From Betaproteobacteria bacterium (GTDB lineage Bacteria > Pseudomonadota > Gammaproteobacteria > Burkholderiales > SG8-39), in assembly GCA_947482825.1 (NCBI GenBank), contig CANKMT010000013.1, forward strand, positions 1,714 to 65,713: a stretch of 64,000 nt of DNA. The letters are read 5' to 3'. The notes beneath the pieces were generated by a model that worked only from the letters and a program-made list of their open reading frames with translations, had not been told where the DNA came from and did not search any database. Both the position numbers and the translations under genes were made by a program. This document shows, piece by piece, positions 29,365-38,046 of this stretch. Each line of letters opens with the position of its first letter. The stretch's first letter is position 1.

Positions 29365-29779
29365 ATTCTTCCTTGATCGCGTCCACGTCGATTTCCATCA
29401 GCATCTCCGGGCGCGCGAGGCCGTCGATGATGACTTCGGACGAAACCACCGGGATGCCGCGCAAATGCCGGCCGACGACTTGCATGACCGGCTCAAGATA
29501 GGCGCGATCGGTGACCCAGACCTTGATCCGGCAGACGTCCTCCATGCGCGAACCCACTTCCTCGAGCAACTGCCGCACGTTCTGCATCGCCTGCTCGGCC
29601 TGCGCCGCCGCGTCGCCAATGCCGATGAACTTGCGCTCGGTCGGGTGAATCGAGTAGCCGGTCTGTCCGCGCAGGAAGATGCGCTCGCCGGTGACCACCG
29701 CACCGCAGAAGTCGGCCTGGATGGTGCGTTCCGGGTGCTGGTTCTGGACGTTGTGCAGGCGATGGCGCTGATGAGGCAT
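29363..29779 (-). CDS. second Rid family protein (divergent paralog)
   Basis: IFLRGQTG, GDAAAQAEQAMQNV, GLARPEMLMEIDV. No catalytic Arg. Confidence 0.85.
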   Translation of the reverse strand: MPHQRHRLHNVQNQHPERTIQADFCGAVVTGERIFLRGQTGYSIHPTERKFIGIGDAAAQAEQAMQNVRQLLEEVGSRMEDVCRIKVWVTDRAYLEPVMQVVGRHLRGIPVVSSEVIIDGLARPEMLMEIDVDAIKEE

Positions 29780-29838
29780 GATCTAAGCTTGATTGAATCG
29801 ACCAGGACGTGCAAGCGTCCTTCCTCAGGAGCACGCAG

Positions 29839-30894
29839 GTGACCTATCCGGATTGGGGCGAAATCAGCGGCGGGCATCGCATCAAAGGACGCGAGATCCC
29901 GATGCTCGCACCTGACATGCCGACCTTCATGGGCGTGCCCCATGCGCGCACGACGGCCGACCTCGCCGGTGCCGGCGCCGTCATCATTGGGGCGCCCTAC
30001 GTCGCCAATGCGGGCGGCCGGTATGCAGGCGTCCCGGCTACCGAATGGCTCGCCGGCCCCAAGCGGGTGCGCCAACAATCGGCCCGCTATCCCACGGGCT
30101 ACATCCAGGACTTCGACCTCGACGTATTCGAGCACATGAAGGTGGTCGACTTCGGCGACGCCGAGATCCCCGAAGACGCCAATTTCAATCCCACCGCGGA
30201 CAACATCCTGCGCGCGCAGGCCGTGGTGGAAGCCAAAGTCAACGCGGTCCTCGATGCCGGCGCCATCCCGGTCGTGATCGGCCAGAACTCCCCCTGCGGT
30301 TCGTATGCGATCGCCAAGCCGATCGCGGAACGGACCAAAGGGCTGGTGGGCATGGTGAGCCTCGACACGCACTGGGATTCGGCCGCAATCGATCGCCTCA
30401 CCCAGGACCCGCGCATCGCCGGCAGCGGCAGCTGGAAAGCCAAGACCTTCGAGTTCCACAGGAATTTCAGCGTGCCCCACCTGGTCGAAATCGGCGAGCG
30501 TGGCATGCTCGAGAGGAAGGAACTCGTGCGCGGCTACCTGAGTCGCGGCGCGCATTTCTACCCGATGTGGAGAGTGCGCACGGAACTGGGCATCGAAGGC
30601 TTGTGCAATGAGCTGCGCCACGCCTATGAAGGCAGCCAGGCCGTGTATGCGCATTTCGACATGGACGTCATGGGCGGCGCGGGCCCCGCACCGGGGGACC
30701 TGCTCGGCGAGCTTGCCGAGCCGATCGGCATGACCGATTTCGAAGCGATCCGCATCGCGCACGAAGTCGGCAAGCGCGGGCTCGCGGGGCTGTCGTTCAT
30801 CTGCATCGCCCCGGGCTCGGCCGTGATCTATCGCACCATCGTCTACATGATCCTCTACCTGCTCGCCGGCCGCGTGCTCGCGACCCGGCGCTGA
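29839..30894 (+). CDS. ureohydrolase (arginase/agmatinase family), atypical metal site
   Basis: TFMGVP, DTHWD, VEIGERG, HFDMD. GQNS replaces GGDHS. AGGAG RBS before GTG 29839. Confidence 0.82.
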   Translation: MTYPDWGEISGGHRIKGREIPMLAPDMPTFMGVPHARTTADLAGAGAVIIGAPYVANAGGRYAGVPATEWLAGPKRVRQQSARYPTGYIQDFDLDVFEHMKVVDFGDAEIPEDANFNPTADNILRAQAVVEAKVNAVLDAGAIPVVIGQNSPCGSYAIAKPIAERTKGLVGMVSLDTHWDSAAIDRLTQDPRIAGSGSWKAKTFEFHRNFSVPHLVEIGERGMLERKELVRGYLSRGAHFYPMWRVRTELGIEGLCNELRHAYEGSQAVYAHFDMDVMGGAGPAPGDLLGELAEPIGMTDFEAIRIAHEVGKRGLAGLSFICIAPGSAVIYRTIVYMILYLLAGRVLATRR

Positions 30895-30904
30895 AGGCAC
30901 CGCG

Positions 30905-32272
30905 ATGGACGCCAAGTTCCTGAACGCCACGGTCGTCACTTGTGACGACCAGCGGCGGGTCCTGCGCAACGCCGGAGTCGCTATCCAGGGAGATCGAATC
31001 AAGGCGGTCGGCCCGAGCGGCGAGATCGACGGCCTTCACACCCACCTGCCGACGATCGACGCGCGCGGCAAGGCGATCCTGCCTGGCATTGTCAACGCGC
31101 ACACCCACGTGCTGTTGCTGGCCTTGCGCGGCACGATTGAAGACATGGGCGCCGAGGCGATCTACGGCTACATGACGCCGATCTCCTTTGCGATGACGCC
31201 GACTGAGCGCGAGGCGATCTCGCTATTGGGCTGCCTCGAAGCGATCCGCTCGGGCACCACCACGCTGGTCGAGCCTTTCCGCCATGTGGTGAACTACGCA
31301 GGCGCGATGGCCGAAACCGGAATGCGCCTGTATTTCAGCGAGAACTGTGCCGATGCGCTGACCCTCAAGATCCGCTCGGGGGTCTACGAGTTCGACCAAT
31401 CCTGGGGCGAGCAGTTCCTCGAGCGCCAGCGCGAACTGATCGCGCGCTTCCACGACACCAGCGACGGCCGCGTGATGTGCCAGGTCGCGGCCCATGCCCC
31501 CGACAACTGCTCGCCCTGGATGCTGCGCCAACTGAACGACCTGCACGAAAAGCACGGCCTGCGGCGCACCGTCCACATGGCGCAGAGCCGCGGCGAGGTC
31601 GCGCAAGTCCGGCGATATGCAGACTGCACGCCGGCGCAGTATCTCGAGCGCAACGGTTGGCTCGGCCCGGATGTGGTCGGGGCGCACTGGACCTACTGCA
31701 CCCACGAAGACGTCGAATTGCTCGCAGGGCATGACGTGCACATGGCGCATTGCCCCGCCAACAGTTCGCGCCGCGGCCCGCACCAGGCGCCGGTAGCCAG
31801 GATCATGGACGCGGGTGTCAACATCGCGCTGGGTACCGACAACATGACCGAAGACATGTTCCAGGCCATGACCATCGGCAGCGTCGTGCATCGCGGCAGC
31901 CGGGGCGGCGGCATCCAGCCCCAGCCGCAGGCCCTGCTCGACGCGGCCACCCGCAACGGCGCGCATTCCCTCGGCCGGCTGGCCGATTTCGGCTCCATCG
32001 AGCCCGGCAAGAAGGCCGACCTCATGCTGATCAATCTCGACCACCCCAGTTTGCGCCCGGCAATCAACGTCGTCTCGAACATCGTTCACTACGGGCATCC
32101 GGGCGTTGTCGACTCCGTCCTGGTCGACGGGGAGTTCCTCATGCTCGGAGGCCAGGTCGTCTGCCTGGACGAGCGCGCCGTGGTTGAAAACGCCCAGGCT
32201 GCAGTCGAAAGTGCGTGGCGGCGGCTCCACAGCCAGTCGCCCGATGTCCCGCTCCCGGCCAGCCTGCGATAG
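30905..32272 (+). CDS. amidohydrolase, AtzA/GuaD/MTA-SAH deaminase-like
   Basis: PGIVNAHTH, RSGTTT, HMAQ (HxxE position), HCP, LGTD, GKKADL. Confidence 0.88.
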   Translation: MDAKFLNATVVTCDDQRRVLRNAGVAIQGDRIKAVGPSGEIDGLHTHLPTIDARGKAILPGIVNAHTHVLLLALRGTIEDMGAEAIYGYMTPISFAMTPTEREAISLLGCLEAIRSGTTTLVEPFRHVVNYAGAMAETGMRLYFSENCADALTLKIRSGVYEFDQSWGEQFLERQRELIARFHDTSDGRVMCQVAAHAPDNCSPWMLRQLNDLHEKHGLRRTVHMAQSRGEVAQVRRYADCTPAQYLERNGWLGPDVVGAHWTYCTHEDVELLAGHDVHMAHCPANSSRRGPHQAPVARIMDAGVNIALGTDNMTEDMFQAMTIGSVVHRGSRGGGIQPQPQALLDAATRNGAHSLGRLADFGSIEPGKKADLMLINLDHPSLRPAINVVSNIVHYGHPGVVDSVLVDGEFLMLGGQVVCLDERAVVENAQAAVESAWRRLHSQSPDVPLPASLR

Positions 32273-32283
32273 TCCCGCCCCCC

Positions 32284-35200
32284 ATGGCCACTCCCGACAC
32301 CCGTTTCAGGGTCCTCACGGTCGACGATTCCGAGGACATTCTCGCGTTGCTGGAAGTCACGCTGGGCAAGGACTACGACGTCAAGACCGCCACTGACGTC
32401 CGCACCGCGCTCAAGGCCGCCTTCGAAAAACCGCGTCCCGACCTGATCCTGCTGGATGTCGAGATGCCCGGATCGAGCGGTTACGACGTTTGCCGGGCGA
32501 TCAAGGCGAGCCCCGCGCTGGCCGACATCCCGTTGATCTTCCTCACCCAGCGCGACGACGCTCGCGATGTGGTGCAGGGATTCCAGCTCGGCGCGATCGA
32601 CTACTTCGCCAAGCCCATCAACCCGCCGGTGCTCCTTGCCCGCATCCGCGCGCACGTGGAACTCATCAAACGCCGCGGCCTGCAGGACCAGATCATCCGC
32701 GAACGCACCACGCAGCTGGAGCAAACCCGCCTGCAGCTCATCCGAAGGCTCGGTCGCGCAATGGAGTACCACGAGACCTCCGCGGTTGGAAACCGGGTCG
32801 TGCGTCTCGGGCACTACGCGCGGGCGCTGGCCGAAGCCAGCGGCGCGAAAACCGAGTTGTGCGACCTCATCATGAAAGCCGCTCCGCTGCACGATATCGG
32901 CAAGCTCGGCGTGCCGGCGCAGATCCTGCGCAAGGCCGAAAAGCTCACGGCCCCCGAGCACGCCCAGATGCAGCGCCACCCGGAAATCGGCGCCGAGATC
33001 ATCGGCGAACACGACGACCCCCTGCTCAAGCTCGCCCGCACGCTCGCCCTCACCCACCACGAGCGCTGGGACGGCAGCGGCTACCCCGCCGGCATCAAAG
33101 GCAACGACATCCCCTGGCCGGGGCGCGTGATGGCGGTGGTGGACGCCTTCGAGGGCATGACCGCCACGCAGTTCCACCGCGAGCCGTTGCCACTGCAGCT
33201 TGCTTTCGATGAAATCATCCGTGGTGCGGGCAAGCAGTTCGACCCGGGCATGGTCGAAGCCTTCCGCAAGTGCCTCCCGGAATTCCGCAAGATCAAGGAA
33301 ACCTACGCCGACTCCCTCGGCGACATGCTCGACCTCGATTTCTCCACGCTGGGCCCTGCTCCATCGGCCCCGGTGCCCGTCGCGGAGGCGCAGGCGGTTG
33401 CGCCGGCCGGCAGGGCGGCAACCGCGGAGCAACGCGAACTCGCCGAATCCACAGCCCTGCAGAAGATGCGCGAAGCCGACGAAGCGCGGGCGAGCCAGCT
33501 GGCCGGCGAGCAGGCGCGGATCAAGGTCGAGCGCGACCTGCTGTCCGCCGCCACCAAGGACATCTCCAGCCAGCAGGCGGCGCGCAAGCGCGCCGAATCG
33601 GCGGCCGCGCGCGAAGCGGAGGTGATCGGCCTGAACAAGCGGCGCATTGCCGAGGAAACCGCGGCGGCGCAAGCCGCCCGCGAAGCCGCCAAAGCCGAGG
33701 CCGAGGCCGCCAGCATCGCCGCGCAAGCCGAGCAGGAAAAAGCCAGCGCCCTCGCCGAGGCGGAGACCCGCCTCGCCGCGGAACAGGCCCTCGTGGCCGC
33801 CACCGAAGAGCGCAAGAAGGCGGAAGCCGCGCTTGCCGCCACCGCCGCCAATCTCGTGGCTCGCGATACCGAAGCCCTCGAAACCGCCGGCAAGCGCCTC
33901 ATCCAAGAGCGGGAGGCGAACCGCCTTGCCCAGGAGCGCATGAAGACCGAGCAGGCCGCGACGGAAATCGCCCTCAAGGCCGCCGAAGCGCAGGCCCTGC
34001 TGCTCGCCGAAACCGAAGCGCGGATCAGGGCCGAAGAAGCCCTGGCCCTGGCCGCAGAGGAAAAGCGCGAGGCCGAGGCGGCCGCAACCCAGTCGACCGA
34101 GGCGCTATTGCGAGCCGAGGCGGACGCAGCGCGCGCAGCGGAAAAGAAGCGTGCGGCCGAAGAGTCGGCGCTCGAATCAGCACAAGCCCGTGCTCGTGCC
34201 GAAGAGGCCGCGGCCCTTATGGCGGCGGAGAAGCGCACGGCGGAGGAAGCCGCCGCAAGAGCCGCCGAAGCGCAGGCTGAAGTCGAACAGCAGACCGCCC
34301 GCGCCGCCGAGCAACGGGCAACAGAAGAGGCCGCGGCCAAGGAAGCGATCGAAAAGCGCCTCGCTGCAGAGGTCGAGGCGGCGCGAAACGTAAACCTTGC
34401 GCAAGCCGCGATTGGCCGCTCGCAGGCCGTATCCGATGCGATTGCGGAGCTCAAGGCACGCGCTGCGGCCGCACGCGAGGCCGCACTCGCGGCCGCAATG
34501 AAGGCCGCCGAGGAGCGGGCGGCGGCTGAAGCGGCACGCGAACAGGCCGAACTCGAAGCCGAAAAGCTCGAGGCCGAACGGCAACACATCGCGCAGGAAG
34601 AGGCCGCGAGCGAGGCTGCACAGGAAAGAGCCGGCGCGGAAACCGCCGCGGCGCACGCTGCTGAAAAACGCGCGGCCGCCGAACACGCGAAAATGGCCGC
34701 GATGTCGCGGCGAGCCGTGAGCGAAGCCGCCGCCAAGTCAGCGCTCGAGAAGCGGCTCCTGATCGAAAACGAAGCGGCGCGCACCGCGCACGAGGTAAAG
34801 GAACTCGAGGCACGCACGCCGATACCAAAGCCATTGCCGAGTTGCAGGCCAGGATTGCGGCGGCAATCAGGGGCGCGGAGGAGCGCGCCGCGGCGGCGGT
34901 CGCACGCGAAAAGGCAAAGCTTGAAACCGACGCGCTCGAAGCTGCGAGACGACGCCTCGCCGAAGAAGAGACTGCAAGCATTGCCTCGATGGATCGCGCG
35001 CAAGCCGACGAAGCTGCGCGCAAGTCCGCGAGCGAAAGGGCGAGCGCCGAAGAGGCCGCTGCAAAAGCTGCCGAGGAGCGTGCGGAGTTCGAGGAGTCAG
35101 CACGCCAGGCGGCTCTGGAGCGCGCGCGCGCCGAGGAATCCTCACGCAGGACCGCCGAAGCCCGGATGCAGGCTGAAGAAATGGCGCGCCGGTCCGCCGA

Positions 35201-35547
35201 AGAACATGTGCAAGCTGAGGAAAGCGCACGGCAGGAAGCAGTCAAACGCGCCAAGGCCGAAGAGGCTGCAGGCCAAGCCGCCGAGTAGCGCGAGCAAGCC
35301 GAGGAAAGCGCGCGTCAACTCGCCGAGAAGCGGGTGCAATCAGAAGAAGCCGCACGCAAGTCCGCGGAAGAACGCATGCAAGTCGAAGAGGCCGCACTTC
35401 AGGTCGCCGAGGAGCGTGCCAGAGCAGAGGAAGTCGCACGCCTGGCCGCCGAAGAGCGTGCAGAAGCTGAAGAGACTGCGAATCGGAAGGCCGCCGAACG
35501 CGCCGAAGCCGAGGACGCCGCCGCAAGGGCAGCGTTTGAGCATGTGA
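32284..35547 (+). CDS. response regulator receiver + HD-GYP domain + long Ala/Glu helical stalk (as-read ORF; after about 34815 it reads off-frame)
   Basis: TVDD, LLDVEMP, AKP receiver motifs; PLHDIGK, HHERWDGSGYP HD-GYP motifs; Ala/Glu/Arg-rich region from about 33420. Confidence 0.88.
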   Translation: MATPDTRFRVLTVDDSEDILALLEVTLGKDYDVKTATDVRTALKAAFEKPRPDLILLDVEMPGSSGYDVCRAIKASPALADIPLIFLTQRDDARDVVQGFQLGAIDYFAKPINPPVLLARIRAHVELIKRRGLQDQIIRERTTQLEQTRLQLIRRLGRAMEYHETSAVGNRVVRLGHYARALAEASGAKTELCDLIMKAAPLHDIGKLGVPAQILRKAEKLTAPEHAQMQRHPEIGAEIIGEHDDPLLKLARTLALTHHERWDGSGYPAGIKGNDIPWPGRVMAVVDAFEGMTATQFHREPLPLQLAFDEIIRGAGKQFDPGMVEAFRKCLPEFRKIKETYADSLGDMLDLDFSTLGPAPSAPVPVAEAQAVAPAGRAATAEQRELAESTALQKMREADEARASQLAGEQARIKVERDLLSAATKDISSQQAARKRAESAAAREAEVIGLNKRRIAEETAAAQAAREAAKAEAEAASIAAQAEQEKASALAEAETRLAAEQALVAATEERKKAEAALAATAANLVARDTEALETAGKRLIQEREANRLAQERMKTEQAATEIALKAAEAQALLLAETEARIRAEEALALAAEEKREAEAAATQSTEALLRAEADAARAAEKKRAAEESALESAQARARAEEAAALMAAEKRTAEEAAARAAEAQAEVEQQTARAAEQRATEEAAAKEAIEKRLAAEVEAARNVNLAQAAIGRSQAVSDAIAELKARAAAAREAALAAAMKAAEERAAAEAAREQAELEAEKLEAERQHIAQEEAASEAAQERAGAETAAAHAAEKRAAAEHAKMAAMSRRAVSEAAAKSALEKRLLIENEAARTAHEVKELEARTPIPKPLPSCRPGLRRQSGARRSAPRRRSHAKRQSLKPTRSKLRDDASPKKRLQALPRWIARKPTKLRASPRAKGRAPKRPLQKLPRSVRSSRSQHARRLWSARAPRNPHAGPPKPGCRLKKWRAGPPKNMCKLRKAHGRKQSNAPRPKRLQAKPPSSASKPRKARVNSPRSGCNQKKPHASPRKNACKSKRPHFRSPRSVPEQRKSHAWPPKSVQKLKRLRIGRPPNAPKPRTPPQGQRLSM

Positions 35548-36070
35548 GCGCCGGAAAGGCCAGGTTGGTTTCGGCCGAGGAACGCGCCGCAAGCGAAGCG
35601 GCCGCGAAAGCCGCGCTAGAAAAGCGCCTCGCGAACGAGGCCGAGGCGGCGCGAGTCGCAGCTCGAGTGACCGAAGCGGACGAGCGAAGCGCGGTCCTGG
35701 CTCGCGAGAATGCCGAACTCGAGGCGCGCATCGCAGCCGAACTGGAAGCGGCCTCCGTCTCGACGGGCAAGGCAAACGCCGAGCGCACGGCCGAAGCGCT
35801 CGTGCGCGAACGCGCATCGCTAGAGGCGAAGGCCCTTGATGTGTCCCGGCAGCGCCTGGCAGAAGATCAGGCCGCGACCCGCGCGGCCGCGGACCGCGCA
35901 AAGGCCGAAGAGGATGCCGGACGCATTGCGCGCGAGGCGGCCCAGGCTTCGGCGCAAATTCTCGCAAGCGCACAGGCGCGGGTGAAAGCCGAGGAAGCAC
36001 TTGCGACCGCGACAGTGGAGCGGCTCGCGGCCGAATCGGGGGCGGTCGAAATCGGACGCGATGCAACCGC
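33420..36070 (+). repeat. 14-aa (42-nt) periodic Ala/Glu/Arg helical repeat region
   Basis: About 16 consecutive units at 34986-35657, e.g. AEERAEFEESARQA, AEARMQAEEMARRS, AEERARAEEVARLA. Same register visible upstream of the frameshift. Confidence 0.8.
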
Positions 36071-36344
36071 TGCAACCCGCGCGTCGAAAATCGGCAAACC
36101 TTCGATCCAGGCGCCTCTTGCGCCTCGTGCCCGCCATACGGGCCTGTTCGCCGTCGCAATCATTGCAGTTGCCGCCGCAGCGGCGTTCTACTTGCTCGAC
36201 AGCCAGGCGCCCCAGCCCCCTGCTCTGTCCGTCGCAGCGTCGATGGAGGCCAAACCGGTTCCCGGGATTTCCGAGGGACCGCCGCTGGAACTGCGCCTGA
36301 ATTCGGACGTGACGAAACTCGCACCGAAAGAAACCGCAAAGTAG
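34815..36344 (+). pseudogene. C-terminal continuation of the HD-GYP-stalk gene: frameshift at about 34815, in-frame TAG at 35286-35288, C-terminal TM helix
   Basis: ORFs 34842-35288 and 35334-36344 share a frame and a repeat register across the TAG. A one-base shift at GCACGC/ACGCC restores ELEARHADTKAIAELQAR. TM GLFAVAIIAVAAAAAFYLL at 36141-36197. Confidence 0.78.
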
Positions 36345-36391
36345 CACCCGGCAGCGCTTCTCGCCGCCGGCACCGTCGAACGGAGGAGAAG

Positions 36392-36784
36392 ATGACCATC
36401 ACGATGATCACTGCGGGCGTGCTCGGCCTGCTTCTGTTGTTTCTGGGCGGCTACGTCATCGCGGGGCGAGTCGCCTTCAAGATCAACCTGGGCGACGGCG
36501 GCAACGACGCGATGTAACGCCGAATGCGCGCACAGGCCAACTTCGTCGAGTACGTTCCAATGGCGCTGATCCTGATCGCGCTTTTGGAGAACGCGTCCAT
36601 CGGCCCGCACTGGTTGCTGCCCACCCTCGCCACCTTGCTGATCGTCGGACGGTTGTGGCACGCCCAGGGGTTGCTGTCGAGCTCGGGCACTTCGGCCGGG
36701 CGCTTCGCCGGCACCAACATGACCTTGATCGTGATTGTGGTCGGCTCGGTCGCCTGTCTCGGCCGTGGGGTCGGCGCCTGGTAG
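36392..36784 (+). pseudogene. MAPEG family protein with in-frame TAA
   Basis: GGAGG RBS + ATG 36392; MTITMITAGVLG...NLGDGGNDAM*RRMRAQANFVEYVP...GRLWHAQG; stop at 36515-36517. Confidence 0.82.
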
Positions 36785-36870
36785 CCGAAATGTCAGGAAG
36801 TTCACCGGAGAGTCAATAGCGGCGAGGGGGTCACCGCCATGAATGTCAGTAGCCTGTCCGGCAGAAAAGC

Positions 36871-38046
36871 CTACGGCGCCACAGCCGCCGCCCCCCGCGC
36901 CGCGATCGCCTGGATCAGCGCGCCGAAGATCGCGCCCCTCTGCGCCAGGCTGGCGATCTCGATTTTTTCGCGCCGGCTGCAGGTGTCATGGCAGATCGGC
37001 CCGAGGCCGTCCAGCGTCGGCCGGCCAAGCGCGCCGGCAAAGCTTCCATCCGATCCGCCGCTCGAAACCACCGGCCTAATCGGTGCATCGATCTCTTTCG
37101 CCAACCCTTCGGCCAAGGCATACAGCGCTTTGCCCGCCGATTCCGGGAACAGCGGGCGCGACCATCCGCCTTCGATCCTGACCGTCACCCGCGGGTCGCC
37201 GGTGTCCGCGACGATGCGGCGCACATCGGCCTCGAGTCTCGGGATGTCCTCAGGATAGGCTGCGCGCAGATCGACATGCATCTCGGCCTCGTGGGGCACC
37301 ACCTGCCGCGCAGCACCGGACTTGAGGATGCCGACGTTGACGACGAGCTCTCTCGGCAGATCGGACAGCGCCTCCAGAGAAAGCACCGCGCGGCAAGCCG
37401 CGCGCAGGGCGCTCGCCCCTTCGGCGGCATTGACCGCGGCATGTGCTGAACGCCCGGTGTAGAAAGCCTTGATCGCCCCGACAGCACGCCGGCCGACGAC
37501 GACGCCGCCGCCTTGGGGACGCGTCGGCTCGAGGACGAGCACCGCGTCTGCATCACGCACGCAGTCCTCGATCCATTTGCGCGAGCCGACCGAGCCGATC
37601 TCCTCGTCGGGCACCAGCACCATCGAAAGGTCCGCCGGCAGCGCGTGCCCCGCCTTGATGAGCGCATCGACCGCGAACCACGCCATCGCGAGCCCGCCTT
37701 TCATGTCGCCAACCCCCGGCCCGTAAGCGTGCGTGCCGTCCGCGCTGAAACCCCAGTCGGGCTGGCTGCCCGCTGGCCATACGGTATCGGCGTGCCCGAG
37801 GATGACAAGCTTGCCTTTGCCCGCGCCTTTGAAATGAAATGACCGCTGCGGCCCGCGCTCGGCGAGCGGGTGCTGCTTCTCGGAGAAACCAAGCGACTTC
37901 CATCGCGCGCCATACGCCTCGCCGACCTTGGCGACCTGCGCCGCATCGTAGGAACCGGCTTCGATCGCGACGAGTTCCTTCACGAACGCGAGCATCTCCC
38001 CAGTGCGCGGCTCAAGGGCTGCGTGCAGGTCCCGGACGACGCTCAT
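36871..38046 (-). CDS. M20 metallohydrolase, glutamate carboxypeptidase G2-like
   Basis: [42 protein letters not shown]. Confidence 0.88.
   Translation of the reverse strand: MSVVRDLHAALEPRTGEMLAFVKELVAIEAGSYDAAQVAKVGEAYGARWKSLGFSEKQHPLAERGPQRSFHFKGAGKGKLVILGHADTVWPAGSQPDWGFSADGTHAYGPGVGDMKGGLAMAWFAVDALIKAGHALPADLSMVLVPDEEIGSVGSRKWIEDCVRDADAVLVLEPTRPQGGGVVVGRRAVGAIKAFYTGRSAHAAVNAAEGASALRAACRAVLSLEALSDLPRELVVNVGILKSGAARQVVPHEAEMHVDLRAAYPEDIPRLEADVRRIVADTGDPRVTVRIEGGWSRPLFPESAGKALYALAEGLAKEIDAPIRPVVSSGGSDGSFAGALGRPTLDGLGPICHDTCSRREKIEIASLAQRGAIFGALIQAIAARGAAAVAP

Noticed and set aside
29780-29838. Guanidine riboswitch upstream of the ureohydrolase
   Set aside because: Only one GGACG/CGTCC hairpin with a 6-nt loop; no paired ACGR tetraloops or ykkC-type motif, and the leader is too short.
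34986-35657. Possible CRISPR or DNA repeat array in the 42-nt periodic region
   Set aside because: Periodicity is conserved at the protein level with divergent codons; there is no identical repeat/unique spacer structure and no cas genes.
33420-36344. TolA annotation for the Ala/Glu-rich region
   Set aside because: TolA has an N-terminal anchor and a C-terminal TonB-like domain in a tol-pal operon; here the TM is C-terminal and the N-terminus is REC-HD-GYP.
1527-36517. Stop-codon reassignment (TAA/TAG read as Gln) to explain in-frame stops
   Set aside because: TAA and TAG end many normal genes here, the implied residues differ by site, and frameshifts co-occur.
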